From positions 21,452,001 through 21,516,000 of the forward strand of contig OZ059897.1 in the NCBI GenBank assembly GCA_964057225.1: a stretch of DNA of 64,000 nucleotides. Reading direction: 5' to 3'. This document shows, in pieces, positions 58,701 through 64,000 of the stretch. A model generated the notes under the pieces. It was given only the letters and a program-made list of their open reading frames with translations. It did not search any database and was not told where the DNA came from. A program made the position numbers and the translations under genes. This stretch comes from Auanema rhodensis (taxonomy: Eukaryota; Animalia; Nematoda). The first letter of the stretch is position 1, and each line of letters starts with the position of its first letter.

Positions 58701-61700
58701 GATGCGGTTTTCAAAATTAGATTCCCCATGTCCATATTAGTCTAAAAACAAATTTTTATTGATTTTGGTTCATGGTAACCATGACTTTGAAATTTACGTG
58801 AACTTTAATTTATGCTAATTAAATGTACACGTGATGTGCACTTGGTATGTAACTCGCTTCACGTGAAAGATAAAGAGATTCGGTTTTCAAAATTAGATTC
58901 CCCATGTCCATATTAGTCTAAAAACAAATTTTTATTGATATTGGTGCATGGTAACCATGACTTTGAAATTTACGTGAACTTTAATTTATGCTAATTAAAT
59001 GTACACGTGATGTGCACTTGGTATGGAACTCGCTTCACGTGAAAGATAAAGAGATGCGGTTTTCAAAATTAGATTCCCCATGTCCATATTAGTCTAAAAA
59101 CAAATTTTTATTGATTTTGGTTCATGGTAACCATGACTTTGAAATTTACGTGAACTTTAATTTATGCTAATTAAATGTACACGTGATGTGCACTTGGTAT
59201 GTAACTCGCTTCACGTGAAAGATAAAGAGATTCGGTTTTCAAAATTAGATTCCCCATGTCCATATTAGTCTAAAAACAAATTTTTATTGATATTGGTGCA
59301 TGGTAACCATGACTTTGAAATTTACGTGAACTTTAATTTATGCTAATTAAATGTACACGTGATGTGCACTTGGTATGTAACTCGCTTCACGTGAAAGATA
59401 AAGAGATGCGGTTTTCAAAATTAGATTCCCCATGTCCATATTAGTCTAAAAACAAATTTTTATTGATATTGGTGCATGGTAACCATGACTTTGAAATTTA
59501 CGTGAACTTTAATTTATGCTAATTAAATGTACACGTGATGTGCACTTGGTATGGAACTCGCTTCACGTGAAAGATAAAGAGATGCGGTTTTCAAAATTAG
59601 ATTCCCCATGTCCATATTAGTTCAAAAACAAATTTTTATTGATTTTGGTTCATGGTAACCATGACTTTGAAATTTACGTGAACTTTAATTTATGCTAATT
59701 AAATGTACACGTGATGTGCACTTGGTATGTAACTCGCTTCACGTGAAAGATAAAGAGATTCGGTTTTCAAAATTAGATTCCCCATGTCCATATTAGTCTA
59801 AAAACAAATTTTTATTGATATTGGTGCATGGTAACCATGACTTTGAAATTTACGTGAACTTTAATTTATGCTAATTAAATGTACACGTGATGTGCACTTG
59901 GTATGGAACTCGCTTCACGTGAAAGATAAAGAGATGCGGTTTTCAAAATTAGATTCCCCATGTCCATATTAGTCTAAAAACAAATTTTTATTGATTTTGG
60001 TTCATGGTAACCATGACTTTGAAATTTACGTGAACTTTAATTTATGCTAATTAAATGTACACGTGATGTGCACTTGGTATGTAACTCGCTTCACGTGAAA
60101 GATAAAGAGATTCGGTTTTCAAAATTAGATTCCTCATGTCCATATTAGTCTAAAAACAAATTTTTATTGATATTGGTGCATGGTAACCATGACTTTGAAA
60201 TTTACGTGAACTTTAATTTATGCTAATTAAATGTACACGTGATGTGCACTTGGTATGTAACTCGCTTCACGTGAAAGATAAAGAGATTCGGTTTTCAAAA
60301 TTAGATTCCCCATGTCCATATTAGTCTAAAAACAAATTTTTATTGATATTGGTTCATGGTAACCATGACTTTGAAATTTACGTGAACTTTAATTTATGCT
60401 AATTAAATGTACACGTGATGTGCACTTGGTATGTAACTCGCTCCACGTGAAAGATAAAGAGATGCGGTTTTCAAAATTAGATTCCCCATGTCCATATTAG
60501 TCTAAAAACAAATTTTTATTGATATTGGTGCATGGTAACCATGACTTTGAAATTTACGTGAACTTTAATTTATGCTAATTAAATGTACACGTGATGTGCA
60601 CTTGGTATGTAACTCGCTTCACGTTAAAAATAAAGAGATGCGGTTTTCAAAATTAGATTCCCCATGTCCATATTAGTCTAAAAACAAATTTTTATTGATA
60701 TTGGTTCATGGTAACCATGACTTTGAAATTTACGTGAACTTTAATTTATGCTAATTAAATGTACACGTGATGTGCACTTGGTATGTAACTCGCTTCACGT
60801 GAAAGATAAAGAGATGCGGTTTTCAAAATTAGATTCCCCATGTCCATATTAGTCTAAAAACAAATTTTTATTGATATTGGTGCATGGTAACCATGACTTT
60901 GAAATTTACGTGAACTTTAATTTATGCTAATTAAATGTACACGTGATGTGCACTTGGTATGGAACTCGCTTCACGTGAAAGATAAAGAGATGCGGTTTTC
61001 AAAATTAGATTCCCCATGTCCATATTAGTTCAAAAACAAATTTTTATTGATTTTGGTTCATGGTAACCATGACTTTGAAATTTACGTGAACTTTAATTTA
61101 TGCTAATTAAATGTACACGTGATGTGCACTTGGTATGTAACTCGCTTCACGTGAAAGATAAAGAGATTCGGTTTTCAAAATTAGATTCCCCATGTCCATA
61201 TTAGTCTAAAAACAAATTTTTATTGATATTGGTGCATGGTAACCATGACTTTGAAATTTACGTGAACTTTAATTTATGCTAATTAAATGTACACGTGATG
61301 TGCACTTGGTATGGAACTCGCTTCACGTGAAAGATAAAGAGATGCGGTTTTCAAAATTAGATTCCCCATGTCCATATTAGTCTAAAAACAAATTTTTATT
61401 GATTTTGGTTCATGGTAACCATGACTTTGAAATTTACGTGAACTTTAATTTATGCTAATTAAATGTACACGTGATGTGCACTTGGTATGTAACTCGCTTC
61501 ACGTGAAAGATAAAGAGATTCGGTTTTCAAAATTAGATTCCCCATGTCCATATTAGTCTAAAAACAAATTTTTATTGATATTGGTGCATGGTAACCATGA
61601 CTTTGAAATTTACGTGAACTTTAATTTATGCTAATTAAATGTACACGTGATGTGCACTTGGTATGTAACTCGCTTCACGTGAAAGATAAAGAGATGCGGT

Positions 61701-62301
61701 TTTCAAAATTAGATTCCCCATGTCCATATTAGTCTAAAAACAAATTTTTATTGATATTGGTGCATGGTAACCATGACTTTGAAATTTACGTGAACTTTAA
61801 TTTATGCTAATTAAATGTACACGTGATGTGCACTTGGTATGTAACTCGCTTCACGTGAAAGATAAAGAGATGCGGTTTTCAAAATTAGATTCCCCATGTC
61901 CATATTAGTCTAAAAACAAATTTTTATTGATATTGGTGCATGGTAACCATGACTTTGAAATTTACGTGAACTTTAATTTATGCTAATTAAATGTACACGT
62001 GATGTGCACTTGGTATGGAACTCGCTTCACGTGAAAGATAAAGAGATGCGGTTTTCAAAATTAGATTCCCCATGTCCATATTAGTCTAAAAACAAATTTT
62101 TATTGATTTTGGTTCATGGTAACCATGACTTTGAAATTTACGTGAACTTTAATTTATGCTAATTAAATGTACACGTGATGTGCACTTGGTATGTAACTCG
62201 CTTCACGTGAAAGATAAAGAGATTCGGTTTTCAAAATTAGATTCCCCATGTCCATATTAGTCTAAAAACAAATTTTTATTGATATTGGTGCATGGTAACC
62301 A
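52798..62301 (+). repeat. 27-mer (4752 bp) tandem duplication
   Basis: Rare markers are exactly 4752 bp apart: TTCCTCATG at 55382/60134, CGTTAAAAAT at 55873/60625, CGTAAAAAAT at 53761/58513. The order of monomer types matches throughout. Confidence 0.9.
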
Positions 62302-64000
62302 TGACTTTGAAATTTACGTGAACTTTAATTTATGCTAATTAAATGTACACGTGATGTGCACTTGGTATGGAACTCGCTTCACGTGAAAGATAAAGAGATG
62401 CGGTTTTCAAAATTAGATTCCCCATGTCCATATTAGTCTAAAAACAAATTTTTATTGATTTTGGTTCATGGTAACCATGACTTTGAAATTTACGTGAACT
62501 TTAATTTATGCTAATTAAATGTACACGTGATGTGCACTTGGTATGTAACTCGCTTCACGTGAAAGATAAAGAGATTCGGTTTTCAAAATTAGATTCCCCA
62601 TGTCCATATTAGTCTAAAAACAAATTTTTATTGATATTGGTTCATGGTAACCATGACTTTGAAATTTACGTGAACTTTAATTTATGCTAATTAAATGTAC
62701 ACGTGATGTGCACTTGGTATGTAACTCGCTCCACGTGAAAGATAAAGAGATGCGGTTTTCAAAATTAGATTCCCCATGTCCATATTAGTCTAAAAACAAA
62801 TTTTTATTGATATTGGTGCATGGTAACCATGACTTTGAAATTTACGTGAACTTTAATTTATGCTAATTAAATGTACACGTGATGTGCACTTGGTATGTAA
62901 CTCGCTTCACGTTAAAAATAAAGAGATGCGGTTTTCAAAATTAGATTCCCCATGTCCATATTAGTCTAAAAACAAATTTTTATTGATATTGGTTCATGGT
63001 AACCATGACTTTGAAATTTACGTGAACTTTAATTTATGCTAATTAAATGTACACGTGATGTGCACTTGGTATGTAACTCGCTTCACGTGAAAGATAAAGA
63101 GATGCGGTTTTCAAAATTAGATTCCCCATGTCCATATTAGTCTAAAAACAAATTTTTATTGATATTGGTGCATGGTAACCATGACTTTGAAATTTACGTG
63201 AACTTTAATTTATGCTAATTAAATGTACACGTGATGTGCACTTGGTATGGAACTCGCTTCACGTGAAAGATAAAGAGATGCGGTTTTCAAAATTAGATTC
63301 CCCATGTCCATATTAGTTCAAAAACAAATTTTTATTGATTTTGGTTCATGGTAACCATGACTTTGAAATTTACGTGAACTTTAATTTATGCTAATTAAAT
63401 GTACACGTGATGTGCACTTGGTATGTAACTCGCTTCACGTGAAAGATAAAGAGATTCGGTTTTCAAAATTAGATTCCCCATGTCCATATTAGTCTAAAAA
63501 CAAATTTTTATTGATATTGGTGCATGGTAACCATGACTTTGAAATTTACGTGAACTTTAATTTATGCTAATTAAATGTACACGTGATGTGCACTTGGTAT
63601 GGAACTCGCTTCACGTGAAAGATAAAGAGATGCGGTTTTCAAAATTAGATTCCCCATGTCCATATTAGTCTAAAAACAAATTTTTATTGATTTTGGTTCA
63701 TGGTAACCATGACTTTGAAATTTACGTGAACTTTAATTTATGCTAATTAAATGTACACGTGATGTGCACTTGGTATGTAACTCGCTTCACGTGAAAGATA
63801 AAGAGATTCGGTTTTCAAAATTAGATTCCCCATGTCCATATTAGTCTAAAAACAAATTTTTATTGATATTGGTGCATGGTAACCATGACTTTGAAATTTA
63901 CGTGAACTTTAATTTATGCTAATTAAATGTACACGTGATGTGCACTTGGTATGTAACTCGCTTCACGTGAAAGATAAAGAGATGCGGTTTTCAAAATTAG

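Larger units (their letters stand above)
1..64000 (+). repeat. Tandem satellite DNA array, 176-bp monomer, about 363.65 copies; candidate centromeric/pericentromeric satellite
   Basis: TGACTTTGAA recurs at 1, 177, 353 and onward; the line layout repeats every 2640 bp (15x176). The last monomer starts at 63886 = 363x176+1-3, consistent with three net 1-bp deletions. The array runs off both window ends. The centromeric role is inference only. Confidence 0.99.

Noticed and set aside
1-64000. Protein-coding ORFs or a repeat-protein gene
   Set aside because: Each monomer has stops in all three plus frames (TGA at 1, TGA at 18, TAA at 35) and all three minus frames (TTA at 13, 24, 29). The period of 176 is not a multiple of 3.
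1-64000. CRISPR array, suggested by the palindromic repeats
   Set aside because: There are no unique spacers; the entire 176 bp repeats, and no cas genes or leader are present.
1-64000. Hidden transposon insertion, inversion or unique island
   Set aside because: Monomer phase is accounted for end to end by three 1-bp deletions, leaving no room for a net insertion, and I saw no reverse-orientation monomers.
1-64000. A global 2640-bp higher-order repeat
   Set aside because: The visual recurrence every 44 lines is the least common multiple of 176 and the 60-base line width. A true 15-mer duplication is supported only at 21472-26751.

Overview
The whole 64 kb window is one uninterrupted head-to-tail satellite DNA array with a 176-bp monomer (about 32% GC), 363 complete copies plus a partial copy starting at 63886, all in the same orientation. 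Consensus, phased from base 1: TGACTTTGAAATTTACGTGAACTTTAATTTATGCTAATTAAATGTACACGTGATGTGCACTTGGTATGTAACTCGCTTCACGTGAAAGATAAAGAGATGCGGTTTTCAAAATTAGATTCCCCATGTCCATATTAGTCTAAAAACAAATTTTTATTGATATTGGT(G/T)CATGGTAACCA. Most monomers differ from the consensus by 0-3 substitutions, and the phase shifts by only three 1-bp deletions. I see no genes, RNA genes, transposon insertions, inversions or CRISPR spacers. The monomer length, homogeneity and dyad content resemble a eukaryotic centromeric or pericentromeric satellite, but I cannot name the family or organism from the sequence. The informative signal lies in the variants. They form position-restricted domains, local higher-order repeats (3-, 4-, 5-, 6-, 7-, 15- and 27-mers), nested mutation series, a chimeric monomer and an emerging dimer at the right end. 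All variant calls were made by eye and should be confirmed by alignment. Monomer positions quoted below use the base-1 phase.
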